Of a DNA stretch of 64,000 bases, positions 44,560 through 57,503 are shown piece by piece (within the stretch, counting starts at the first letter, position 1; each line of letters begins with the position of its first letter). The stretch spans positions 34,410,001-34,474,000 of the forward strand of contig OX638154.1 in the NCBI GenBank assembly GCA_951804945.1, given 5' to 3'. The position numbers and the translations under genes are program-made. Below the pieces are notes generated by a model. That model saw nothing but the letters and a program-made list of their open reading frames with translations. It searched no databases and was not told the origin of the DNA. The stretch comes from Podarcis cretensis. Taxonomy: Eukaryota.

Positions 44560-47500
44560 ACTCAGGCTGTGTTAAAGCACTTTATTCATTTATAAATACT
44601 GTTGTGTTTACAAGCATCATAGATGTGAATATTATCCCCAAACTTTCAAACATATACTTAGAATACTATATAACAATCAAGAAAACAAAAACCATTCATC
44701 TCAAGAGTTTGAAAGGCCACTCAAAAAATTGCATAAAAATACATTCTTTCTCATCACTCACAGGCTAGTCTTTTCTCCAAGTAGTGTATTTACAACAATC
44801 TGTAAAACTCTCCTTAAAACAGGTAAGTACAGAATACTTGCAGCTTGGGAAGTTAGCGAGCCAAGTGCATAACACCACTCTTTTCCACGAGTTAGCATTT
44901 GCAGAGGGGACTTGTTACTAGATTCCTCAACAACATGAGGGAAGCAAGGGGAGAGGACAACACAAGAGGCCCTGTGGCAACAGCTCGGGCTGTGCTGTTT
45001 TTCGAGAGTATTTACTGAGAACACTCTGAAAGTCATATACGCCAAGGGTCCGATTTGCCCCAGGAAAAGAGAGAACAGTTGTCAGGGGAAAGGAACAGAG
45101 GAAGAAAAGAATTGCCCCTAGGAATTGGGTTAAATTTCACCTGTGAGCTGCTTGTGGAGTTAATCTTTGTAAAAAGCCCTTCATGGAACATGCTGCTTCT
45201 AGGAGAATCATGCAAAAGGATTTCCAAACATGAAGGTGATCTCTAAGTCACTCAGGGAAAAGGCCTTGGGGAGTCTGCTAGCTTGAAATAAACTTAAAAT
45301 TGCCTTTTGAAACAGGCCCCTTAACATCGCTGAAGGAAGGAGTACATCCAAAAATGCTGGACTTTGAGTTGAGAAGCTGCCTTGTGCAACAGATGGGCTT
45401 ATATGGCGGGAGTGAAGTAGAATAAAGGAAAACAAAGACGAAAGTAGGGGGCATTAGTGTGAGTGCAAAGGACAAATTTCTATCTCAGGGTGGGCGGGGG
45501 GAGAGATTTCTGCCTTCTGACTCGCTTGCAAGGAGTCCAAGCAAAACATGATTACTCTCAGATACAGATGAACACCCATTCAAAAAAATTGGAGACATGT
45601 TTGTTAAGGAGAATCTGCATTTGAATCAAAGTGGGAATTTGGAAGTCGTCCGGAAACGTGCTAAGACCCTGCTCACAAACAGCTCTCTAATTCAGAAAGA
45701 ATTATAGTGGTTATGGGGGAAAGCAAACATGGTACAGTAGAAATCATCTCTCAAGTATATTTTGATTTCAATCATGATTTCTATTCACTGTCAGTAAATC
45801 CCAGGCCTTGGCGACCTACCATCACCTGGTAATGGCAGAATTGGCAGGGCAGGGGAGAGATATTCAGTCAATATCCTTTGTGGGGGAAAGGACTACATTC
45901 TGCACCATCTACAGGCATACATTAAGCTCACCAGCCTTGGGAACAGACTAGCTATTCCCTAATGAAAAACAACTGTTAAGTCTCCCAAGCACAGTCAGGG
46001 AGTTGCATACGATTTGACCTATTGGCAAATATCATCATGGCGAGTCTTTTCATTCCTGGTTATCCCAGGAGAATAAGACTTTTAAATGCTAATGAACAAC
46101 CACCGACTGGATTGTATCCACAGCCCTTAAAAGAAGTCAGTCCTATGGCATCAAATACTTTGCTATCAGATTTCTATAGACTGGCTTCTGATAATAATTA
46201 TTCCTATGTGGACTAGAAACCACCAATAAATCTGAAATTAGCTGATTTGATAAAACACAGTGCACTCTTAAACCCTGACTTACTGAAGATGACTGACTGA
46301 ATTATATCTGGTCAGATCTCTAGAGTCATTCTTTAATTCCTTCCATTAACAGTAAATCAATATGGACAGTGCACAGATGCTGCATCATCAGCTGTCACAA
46401 AATACAGATGAAATCAAGTACACATGCTCTTGCAGCTCTAAATCTACCCCCCACTTAAAATTCCATTTCCATTCCACTGGTTAAGAGTTCTCTGCATATG
46501 ACAGCTGTTCATCCATATTATTCATGTTGTATTTTAGCAGTACAACACAACCTCCTTTAATGCAAGGCATTCAACCACAGTATGTCAGCTCTCAATACTA
46601 CTTCTGTATCTGCATTTGTTTCCTTCAACTTGCCCCTTTTTGCATGCCTCTAGTTTCTTCTGAAACTTTGCTTCAGACCAACAAGCCACCGCACATAAAC
46701 CTCGCGTTCACAATTTGCAAGCAATGAAACCCGCTCCTTCCTTACTCCAAGCTCTGCTGCTTATATCAAAAAAGTTGCACTGGAACTTCAATACAGATGC
46801 GGAAGAGGTTTCTAAGACCTTTGACATGCAAGTACGTCTTAGGATGTACACTGAGCTGTAGAAGCTTCTGGGAGTAAGAAAGCAGTAAGGCAGAAGAGTT
46901 TAAAGAAAAACCACCCAGTGCCTTCCAGTTAAAAGCTCTCACAGCTCACAGAATAAACTTGCAGTGGTTTCTCCGCATAATTTGTACTTTATGTAGAGGA
47001 TATTCTAGCAGACTTCACAATTATAACTAACATTATATAAAATCCATTGGAACACTAAAACGCACCAGTACAAAGCAATCATAATTCAGTAGCAGTAATA
47101 TTTTCTCTCTGGGTTTTCTTAAAAACAGGCATGAATTTGCTTATGAGTGGACTGTCCTGAATTGTCTACTCCCTTGGTTAAAACATTATATTAAAATAAT
47201 AGCCTGCATTTGAACAATCATATATCGGCTTAATCAAGATATGATTTTGCTCCTGTACACAGCCCCTTGGCTGCTCCCTTTTGAGTGAGTTGTGTTTCAA
47301 CAAGAGCCTCTATTTACCAGTGTTTTCCTACCAGCTTTGGAACAAGACAGGATGGTCAAACCAAATTCAAACTAAGATTTAAGATCCAGGCTTCCCCCCA
47401 TGTTATTCCTGGTTTAGTCACAGCTTGGACAAAATAACAGCATGATGGGGGGGGGGGGCAGAACTCTCATTCATACCTCAGTTTTTTAAGGTGAGATGGT

Positions 47501-50427
47501 TGTCCAATCCAGGCCAGTGTTAACTTTAATACTGGAATAAAAATGGGTTCTCAGGTGATTGGTTTAGGGAAGTCTTACTAAGGAAGACAAAGCTATGTAT
47601 TAAAATAAATAAAAAATTGATTATCTTTTACATGACACGAAGCCCAGAATGTCAAGACACAGGATACTTGGAGGACAACACTGATATCGGTGACCCCCCA
47701 AAATAATCTGCTTAAGTAACTTTCAGTAGCACTAGCTATCATAGTGTTTTGGCTTGTCAACAGGATTAATTAGCTCACGTAATTTCAAGCTGGACAGAAT
47801 TCAAGTTTAAATATCAAATCCCAACGTTAAAAAGGCTCAACTTCATAGGTCACCATCCTTCATGCTGTATCAATGTGGCCATCTGTGGTCCTTCAGATGC
47901 TGCTGGAGTCCAACTCCCACCATCCCTGGCCATGTTGTGTGGGGCTGGGGGGAACTGGAGCCCTCCAACTTCTGCAGGGCCACAGGCAAGCCATCCTTGC
48001 TGCATTAGCCACCATAGTCTGTGTCTTTTAAGGTCCACACAATGAAACTGTGAGATATAATTAACCTACTGTATGCTAAGTGAGAACTGGCAACAGGAGA
48101 ATGTAGGGATCATTACAGAATGGACCATAAGCACCAGACGCTTGCTCCTTCTGTGCTGTTAAATGATTATTCATGGCAGAGTCTGAAAAAGTTCAGCCAA
48201 ATACTCTCACCGGTGTAAAATCAGATAGACTGGTAAGCTAGAATGCTTGAGCTGGAAGATACCACTCACAGAGATCAGTGCATGTTGTGGCCAGTATAAA
48301 ACAACCCCCACAAGCCTTTCTAGCTCTGAAACAAGGTTGGTAGGAAGGTAACTGTTGAAGGAAAGCACTGGATGTAAGAAAAGCAACACATAAAATTAGT
48401 AGAGTATAAGAGGTTGTACCAGATAATTTATCTGACCCATCCAGAATCCTGACTATCTGCTGTTCTTAAAATGAAACATAATGTCAGAAAATATTTCTGG
48501 TGCTTCTTTCTTTTTTTAAGCAATAGTTTGCTAGGAACTCAAGAGTTTACCTTGTTTCTGTTCAAAGGGACAAGCTATGTTCACCATAGTAGAAGCCTGA
48601 ATTAGTCTTTTGAGATGCTTCTATGCAAAGATGATATCCACTGGTTATTAACTGAATTCATACAGTTCTACTCAGAAACGGAGTGCAAACATATGGAGTC
48701 TCCATATCTGAGAGAAACAGATTTCTAATCGTGCAATGGGACTTCAACGTCCTCTCCTTCCTTCTGAAGTCCCTGGTATGCCCTCAAACTTGCTCAAGGG
48801 TTGGGGGGGGGGCCTCTGGAGATTCTGAGAGTGCATGGGGGTAAGAAAGGAAGATGAAGTCTTGCTGAGTCTCTTTGCACAATTCTGTCTTCATCTCAGA
48901 GCTGATTCCATAACTGATCAAAAAAACACCTTCCCCTCTGATAAATGCTGGATGAAATGTCTGAATTTCTACTGCTCACTTGTATGCTTTCAAGAGTAGT
49001 TATTCTCAGATCCCAAAGTTCCTTATTTTAAATAATTGTGAGAATTAAAAGAATGCAGGGAAAGAACAGAGCAAGTCCACTGGCAAGTTGCCATATTGAC
49101 AGGAAACTCCTTAACAGGTTCTGCAGATGAAATCCGGTTCTCTGTAGTATCCAGAAGAACAGAGCGTGCAAATTAGTTACATCATGATAACCTATAAACA
49201 TGAATTCGTTCATTTCCAGCATGCAGAGAAATGGCTTTTTGAGAAATCTAGGCCCTGCTGTTGATGCCCTCATTAAATGCAAATTCATGTCTTACAACTG
49301 CGCAAATGATCACAGTATCAAAATTCCCAGACATCATAGAATGCTACTGCAAAGACTTTCCACCAAGATTGAGGCTCATCATTTTCCACAAGGATATGCA
49401 CATCTATCCATCATCCCTCAAACCTTGCTGTTGTTAAAACTGAGAACACTCACCTATTCAACGGAATGCGTATCTATTGGCAAGTTAACATAAATGTGAT
49501 TTGTTTGCCCAGGTCTTTTGTGAGGTTTTTCATGTAGAAAAACCAAACATCTTGCTAATAAAGAAGTATTTTGGCATTGTGTCTAAGGAATTTCATTCAA
49601 TAAGCACTTTTTGCTGGTTAGCTCTCTTTCCACCAGAAGTCTTGAAAAATCAAGGGGCAAACTGTTAGCGAAGAATGCAGAGGCTGTAAGATCACATTAT
49701 TATTAAACAGTACCAAAGAAGGCACCCATGGAAAAAACAGCAAGAACCATCAAAGGGTAGCAGGCAAAAGTGAAGCAAAACAGAAAGGAGAACCAGTGAT
49801 TGGATCCCCAAATTAAATTATCAAAAATCTTACATTAAATAAATCAGTTAGCTACTGAGACACATGGAAAACACGAATCTCCAAGCCAAGTGACTGTTGT
49901 CAGACTCCCAGAGAAATAAGTCATCATGGCTTTCACCAGCACCACAGACTTCCAAATTCCAGAATGGAGATTGATAAATCCTCAGTGGCAATTCCTAGTT
50001 TCACTCATTATTCCTACTCCAAGACAGTATCTTAAGACATGTTGGGTCAACGCTATGGAGTCACTTCTATATCACTTATTACAGTAGATTCTTCTTTACA
50101 TCAGATTATGGTGGACGGATATGGAGCTTACAGCAGATCGTTTGGGCAGCTCAGACGGTGCCAACCCAGTCTTTGTCCCTTCAAATGAGTTACTTCAACA
50201 TTCCAAAAATATTAAAACATGGCGGGGCATGCTGTGTTGGGGGGAAGGATAAGCACTGTGCAATATGGGAATGCCTAGCAAGGTGCAAAGAGCAGTGAAG
50301 GGTGGGGCTAGCTGATCTGTGTCTGAAATGCCAGCTGCTCTTTCAACTGGAAGATCAGAAGCAGGTGGCAGGGTTGGCAGCATGTGCACAAATATCTCCT
50401 CTTTCTGCCCATCCTATGTTCAATATA
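44560..50427 (-). other. PPP1R12B: Probable long PPP1R12B 3' UTR
   Basis: Repeat-poor stretch after the stop, ending near a minus-strand AATAAA. The end point is inferred. Confidence 0.55.
44581..44586 (-). terminator. Candidate PPP1R12B polyadenylation signal
   Basis: tttatt on + is AATAAA on -, with U-rich sequence upstream on the minus strand. Confidence 0.55.
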
Positions 50428-50514
50428 CTACTTCGAGAGTTTACTGATGACACGGATGAGGGCTCCATTTTCATCTTTCAGTCGCTGATTGTCGGACTTC
50501 AGTTCTGTCAAAAC
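50428..50514 (-). CDS. PPP1R12B: PPP1R12B last exon, leucine-zipper C-terminus
   Basis: Acceptor tcttgtctttgaacag. Encodes [28 protein letters not shown], the MYPT leucine-zipper tail. This exon is absent from the ORF track because it is short. Confidence 0.95.
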   Translation of the reverse strand, partial: VLTELKSDNQRLKDENGALIRVISKLSK

Positions 50515-52286
50515 CTGTTCAAAGACAAGATCCAAACAATTCAGTATTGGTTGTCCTGAAATTCATATGCAGCTCTGGTGGGGGAGAAACACAAACGAAA
50601 CTCAAACGAAAGCATTTCTAGTGTTAATCGAAAATGGATTTGATCCCAAAAGCAACTAAGCGACACCAACAAAGTGTATCCTTTTCATATTCATATCTCT
50701 AAGATTAAACATGGATTTGACTCTTCCATTCTCACATATACAGAACAGCATCTACTTGAGTGAGTATGCTAGGTTAGACGTCACACTCGTGGACATTTGT
50801 AAGCCCAGGAAATTATACCCAGAAATATTATGAGAAAGAAGTACATTTTGGAGAACAATTGCAATCTAGCACAACTTGAAAGGCATTTCATCCTGGACAA
50901 TGCTACTTGCACTCTTTCGCTTTACTTCACTTTGGGAAATGCACTTGCCTTGTAGCATTGTTCCTTCACACCTGGATAAATCCCATGCAAAAGAAATCTC
51001 TCACTTTTAAACTCAGAAGGGAAAGTCGCATACTTTCAGAAAACCTAGGGTTGGTTCACACATTATACTTCCATGTGCAGAGTCACAATTACAGCCCAAC
51101 AGTGGGGTTGGGTGGGATTTCTGTTACATGCTGTGTGCCTCTATTAATGTCTTTTTCAACATATGCAAGCAATAGTCAAGAAGGGATACTTTGCTCAAAA
51201 AGTCTCGGTATTACCATGCACATTTATGATTCAAATCTATCCTTGCACCCCACCCACACCAGTGACTTAGGAAGCAGCAATTTATGCAGGTGGATTCACT
51301 TTTGGAAAGTGTTGGTAACATCCAGCCAGTAGTTTTTCCATGGACAGTAGGCACCCAATTATGTTTCGGGCAAGTTATGAAATACTAGCAGCTTCATACC
51401 CGGCATTGCTCAGGAAACAAAACAAAACAAAACAAAAAACCAGAGCAGTTTTGAAAGGTTCCGTCTGCATCTTGATTCAAAATGGCATCCAGCTGCATCT
51501 CAACGCAGATAAAAGCCTACTTCTTGATCTCAGGAACAACTAATCAAAATATACAGTAGATCATAGACCAAAACTGGGCTCTTAAAATAAAATAAAATAT
51601 CTCTTTGATTAACAACTAATTTACGAGATAAAAGTTTTGTTTTAATGCAATATATTTATATATTGCATTAAAAGTAAGGGTTAGTACTGGGTGCCTAGAA
51701 ACGCTAAGTGATTTGGGGCAAGGACAACCAAGAGTGATCTATTTTGGGCCATGGCTTAAGTCTGGAATTCTTATGCCTTTACTAATTGAGGTATGCAGCA
51801 CATGGTTAATTATGACAGCTTGCTTTCCAGACTCCTGAACATTTTGCCAGCCCCTCAAGCTCCCAGGAATTCCTAGAGGTTGGCCTCTGTTGAAATAAAT
51901 GGCCAGGTGCCTGGCCTGATCAGGGATATTGAAATGATGCACAACCTCTAGCCCAGGGAGAAGAGACTAGGTCAAGATAAAGCCACAAAGGACACTCCAA
52001 CCATGGCAGAAGGGGGAGGTGGGCTATCTTATGTGCACCTTTCTGCACACAGACTTATTGGGAGCCTGTTGCTAATGGGAATACATGACTGACAGCTTGC
52101 TGACCTTGCTATTTTGACACAGGATAGGATAAGAAGTACACACACTCTCCTCCATCCATGCCAACGTGGTGACCCTTTGACCTAGCCTAGCAATGAGAAG
52201 GGTAAAGAGGTACAATCCCAAATCCTGTTCAGTGTTTCAATTTTTATACAGTACTTGGCATTCTGAATATTTAGAAAGGCAACCAC

Positions 52287-53189
52287 TTAAGGAAAATATG
52301 TACAAGATATTTAGAAAGGCACGACACTTAAGGAAAATATGTACAAGATGATGTACAGATGGTACATAAGGCCGATAAAATTGCATAAAATTTATAGAAC
52401 AGGCGACAAACTGTGTTGGAAATGTAAGAGTAAAGAGGGCAAATTTATTCGCATGTGGTGGACGTGCGAGATTCTCAAAAAATTCTGGGAATCTATCTGT
52501 AATGAATTAAAAAAAATTCTCAAATATAAGTTTGTTAAAAAACCTGAAACCTTCCTGCTGGGGATAATTGGCAAAGATATTAAAGAAGAAGATAGAACCC
52601 TTCTTCAATACGCAACAGCGGCCGCTAGAACCCTCATAGCACAGTACTGGAAAACAGCAAAAACCCCAACATTAAAGGAGTGGCAATTTAAATTAATGGA
52701 TTACTTAGAATTGGCAAAATTGACTCAGAAAATAAGAAATCAAAAAAGTACAAAATTTAGTAATGAATGGGATAAATTTAGAATATATATGGAAATAGAG
52801 ACAAGGGGAAAATCAAAATGTTAATCAGAAATATAGATGTATTTAAAAAAAAAAATCACAGTAGGCATGAGATAACGCTTACTACGTTATAAATTTTATT
52901 TTGGAATAGATACAGCAGAAAGATAATTAAGATAACATTATCCGAAATCAAGATAAAGGGAAGTCGATCAATGTTGTTGTAAAATTAATGTTGTGTTGTT
53001 TAAGTTGTAAAATTAATGTTGTGTTGTTAAAGTTGTGCTGTTTATGTTGTACGTATTTTATGTTCTTTTTTCTTTCTTTTCTTTTCTTTTTATGTTTATT
53101 TCATTTACTTTTGTCTGTTGTATGTCTGTGAAATATAGTTATGCAAAACTTAATAAAAATAATAATTAAAAAAAAAAGGAAAAAAAAAA
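52287..53189 (+). mobile_element. L1-clade LINE, 5'-truncated, with poly(A) and TSD
   Basis: Open ORF2 C-terminal fragment at 52339-52824 (CWKC...MWWTC), AATAAA plus poly(A), and a 15-bp TSD tagaaaggcaaccac (52272-52286 and 53190-53204). Confidence 0.9.
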
Positions 53190-55477
53190 TAGAAAGGCAA
53201 CCACCACAGATTTACTGTCAATACTGGAGGGACAAACTTTATGATTTGCTACAGGTAACTGAGATGCTGCAAATTTAGGACATTTTGCAACAGATGTAGT
53301 CACATTTATTTGACCATTCAGTAGCAACCAAACCTTAATGGTGAGGTATTTCATCCCAGGTTAGCAGAGTTCTTTAATATTTGCTTGAAAATTGCCAAAA
53401 ATTGCAAGCAGAGATTGGAATGGTATTGGATTTATAAAATCAGCATTCAACTTTTCTCTTTGTGGGGCCTGAATATGCAAATAGGTTTCCGGTATAAAAA
53501 TGATAGCTGAACTTCGTAGTTTCATCCTGAGCTTCACACAATGGTGTGAATAGTTAATGTTATAAGATGAGCCTGCAAACAACAGTCAGACATACACTTC
53601 CTAGAATGTCTCAAGCAACTTTGACAAGTACAGCCATTATTTTCATTTTATAATAGGAAAGCAAGGCCCAAGTGAGATTATTAACAAAACATGGGGTGTC
53701 AGAACAAGTTCTACCATCAAACCAATGGCATCCTTCAGTAGTTCCTTCAAAGCAAATTAGCCCAAACATGAGAGATGACTGGTCTAATTAGGGCAAGGAG
53801 GACAAAATGATTAATGTGCAATTTACTACACAACACATCTGGTGTTCCCCAAAACTATTATGCAGGATTCACTACATGATATCCATTAAAAACATTCACA
53901 CTAAACACAAGCTTTGAAAATATATGTGTGTGGGGGGGGGGGAATCAACTAGTTTTAGTGGTGTTTCCATGAATACCCAGAAAAGCACTTTTCTGCATGT
54001 ACAGTACAAATGTAGACCCCAGGTATATTTAGTAATACAACTGTGAAATAGAAGAAAATGTGCCTGAATGGTATGTCCCTGTAATGCTATTAAAGTCATT
54101 TGTTTAGCATCTGCAAAGAAACATGGTAGCTTAGTGACATTTCAGTCAGATGAATTGCAACATACAGGGAGAAAGTATCAAAGGACCTAGATCTTTGCTT
54201 TGTTGCTTCACTGAAGCAAGTTCTCAAGAGAAAAAGACTTACACTTTTGCATTAAAGCTGCTATATGTAGCAAGCATAATATGCCAACCTATAAGACACA
54301 GAGCACATAAAATAAACACCTTGTGCAACTTAAAATCTTCAGGAGAGCTCAAAGCATCTGTAAAGAACATTATAACAAAACAACCTGTTTTATTTTGTTC
54401 ATGTGTGCTTTGCAAAAAGCCATCCTAACTGGGTAGAATCTTTATAGTGTTGGGAAAACCTGAGGAACTCTTGCTTTACTGGGAGCCACTCAATTTTTTC
54501 CCCACCCACACAGGCCTGACCTCTGACAAAGGTATCCTCAGGTCTTGATACTCATATCTTCCATGAAGCTATCTAGTCCTTAAAAAAAATAATACCTACT
54601 TTTTCTGATGAACACATATCATTTATAAGCTTTACTATTCAAAAATGGCTTTCATTAAATAAAAATGCTGCATGTTCTTTAATTTGTTGCCCCCCCCATA
54701 TTTAGTTTTTTTTGGGGGGGGTAGTTATCCGTGTGGTATGAAAATTTTGAAATAAATAAACAAACATGAGGACTTGGATCTTTGTTTTGCAGTTTCCGGT
54801 ACTTACTCTCTCACAACTTACATGCACAATTAGCAGAAAAGCTTTAGATCCTTACAAAACCACAGCTAGAATACAACCTACCTCCCCAATGACAAAACTG
54901 TGTTTTTTTAACATTGCTGGATTACATCGGTGTTAGCTCACACCAGATACTACACCATTTCATAAAAATATTCAATACAAACCCATCTTTAACACTGAGC
55001 CGTATGTCCCAGTTCTGATCACTTACATATATTTTGTTAGTATTAATGATATCCTACATTTACCTTCAGAACTGCATTATTCTTTTTCACAGTCATGGAA
55101 ACCAGGTGGCTGGATTTTTGTGTGTTTGTTCTGCCTTTTTCATTCATCCAGTGCTTACCCAACAACGCTTTAAAAAGGCAAAATAAAGCCTGAACGAAAC
55201 TATTATTAGGCTGGTGATCATCCTGAGATGCAGAACCCATATGGGGGAAATGTATACCTGAAAAGAAGTGACTGAAGTACCTTGTACGCATTAGAAATGC
55301 AAAGTTTAGTCTATGAACAGGCAGTGACTTCCATACTGCTATTTGAGTGTCACGCTCCTTATCTGCCACATTTAGGAAGAATGTAGAAAGGGTAGGGAAT
55401 AGCTCAGTCAGACAATAAGAGCAAAGACCTGCCTGGAAGATTGGAAGGAGAGGAGAGATCAACTGGAGGGGGAGATG

Positions 55478-55612
55478 CTATAGCTCTTCTGACTCTGGGG
55501 TCTCAGCGGATTGCGAGAGCCTGGCTACAACCCGGGTTAAAGCCCTGTTTTCGGCCAGCAGCTGCTCATTCATCTGCCTCAAAGTGTGAATCTGTTTGAG
55601 CTGGTGAAGGTT
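55478..55612 (-). CDS. PPP1R12B: PPP1R12B alternative C-terminal exon (isoform-B / HS-M21B-like end), coding part
   Basis: Acceptor ctttgcag. Encodes [44 protein letters not shown]. Phase 0, in frame with the upstream exon. Resembles the mammalian MYPT2 alternative C-terminus as I recall it. Confidence 0.88.
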   Translation of the reverse strand, partial: NLHQLKQIHTLRQMNEQLLAENRALTRVVARLSQSAETPESEEL

Positions 55613-57138
55613 CTGCAAAGTGAGACATGGAGGAGATAGACAAAGACAAAACAGAGAATATAAAACAGCACAGAAACATGAATTCAATTGGCAAGCAAGA
55701 AAAAAAGAAGAGCAGCGACGAGAGGTGGAGAGCAGTGAAAGCACAGAAGAAGCTGGACAACATACTAAAGCACTAGACCAACCAAAAAAGAAACCACAAA
55801 GAATGCTGTTCATTCTCTTAAGGCTTGAACCTAACCAAGTTTCAAATTTAATGAAACACCATAAAGGTGACAAATTATAGCTCTTAAATGGAGTGAGAAA
55901 CTTCACCATGGCTGAAAACCACATCAGGAAAACCTTGCGCACAGCACTTTTAAAGTCCTTTTGCAAGGTACTGACAGATGACTAATGCTGGTTGGAAGAG
56001 AACCAATAGGGCAGTTAAGTATCTTTATAAAAGCTTTATATGACCCACATCCCAGCCAAAGTGGCTTTGCATAGCAAAAGGGGATAGTTGTAGCAGCTGA
56101 AGTAAATTGCTTTAAAATGAGTCTAATGCTATCCTTCGCTTTACAACATGTGGTAGTATTTGCAGTGGAAAGGGAAACTGGTTTGTACAATGCTGAATAC
56201 TGTCACAATACACAACTCTTATAGCCTGTGCAGTCTGTAAGTGTCCCCGTGCTGAATTTTTGCCCCACAATTTAGCCAAATAGTAGCTTTACACTAAACA
56301 CCATTGATGCAGAATCTTCAAAAACACCCCTCTAAATACAAGCACACACTTTTTCATATTTGTGTATGGAAAAAATGGTCAGCATTCCTTACTGGCATGA
56401 AACACAAGTGTTAATTTATGTGTTCACGGCAATTTTCTCTAGTATAAATAGGACTAAAATCTTGTATGAACACTAAAGGCCAAGTATACAGACAATTAAG
56501 TGCTTTGAAATTGCTTTTATAGCATCAAAGGCAATTGCTTCAGAAGGGTTTCCAATGCAGACACTAAAAGGACCCAATTTTCTAAAGAAGGAAATGTCTA
56601 ATGCATTTCACTTTCAATATGGTGTAATAATAAAACAACATGGGCAGATTGTGAAAGCTGTAGGGATTCTGTTGGAATATTATTTTGTTGTGTTCATTCA
56701 AAGGTATAACTGAGCCGTTGAATCTGTCTACTTGAGACATGAAGTAAATGCCTTTGTAAGACAGTGAAGAAAACACAATGATGAAAATATAACTGAGGAT
56801 ATAAACACCCTTACAGAAAGTTTTACTGGGCCAGTAGGATGGGGAATAATCTTGACAGAATCTCAAAATATGAGGTACAACATCCATGTGACAACAATTT
56901 GCAGAAAAGGCAACACAAATCCAATGGAACAGCATCCTTTTTGTTACTTCCGGGATGATTGTGGTACAGCAACCTAGAATTTTCTGCAGAAGCAAATATC
57001 TTCCATTAGCTTGCATTCCATTCTACTCTTCTCTTCTTCATTGACTGAAGCATAGAGATTTATTGACTAAATCCAGGCACCAACCAAAAGCTCTCCATAA
57101 CCATTTGGCTAAACAGATCTCTGGATATAATTAACTTA

Positions 57139-57503
57139 CCGTATTTTTTGCACCATAACACTCACTTTTTTCCTCCTAGAAACTAAGAGGAAATGTCTGT
57201 GCGTGTTATGGAGCGAATGCCTGTGGGTGGCGGGGGGGATCTGCTGCAGTCGTGAGCAGAGGATCCATGGTTCCCCTTCCTTCCCTCCTCCATGGTTACA
57301 AAGCATGGATTCACATGGATCCACAGGATTTTTGCATTGGGCTACTCCAAATTCACTGTCAGATCACATGTCTGTGGCCACAGCATGAACCACAAAAATC
57401 ATATATCCACTATTTCGTTTAGAATATTTTTTTTCTTGTTTTCCTCCTCTAAAAACTACGTGCGTGTTATGGTCTGGTGCGTGTTATAGAGCGAAAAATA
57501 CGG
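57139..57503. mobile_element. Tc1/mariner non-autonomous element
   Basis: TIRs ccgtatttttt.. / ..aaaaatacgg flanked by a TA TSD. Confidence 0.85.

Noticed and set aside
52339-52824. 161-aa ORF as a host gene
   Set aside because: It is the L1 ORF2 C-terminal fragment, with poly(A) and TSD.
55615-55966. N-terminal part of the 162-aa minus-strand ORF
   Set aside because: It is the intronic pyrimidine tract. Only the last 44 codons after the acceptor are exonic.
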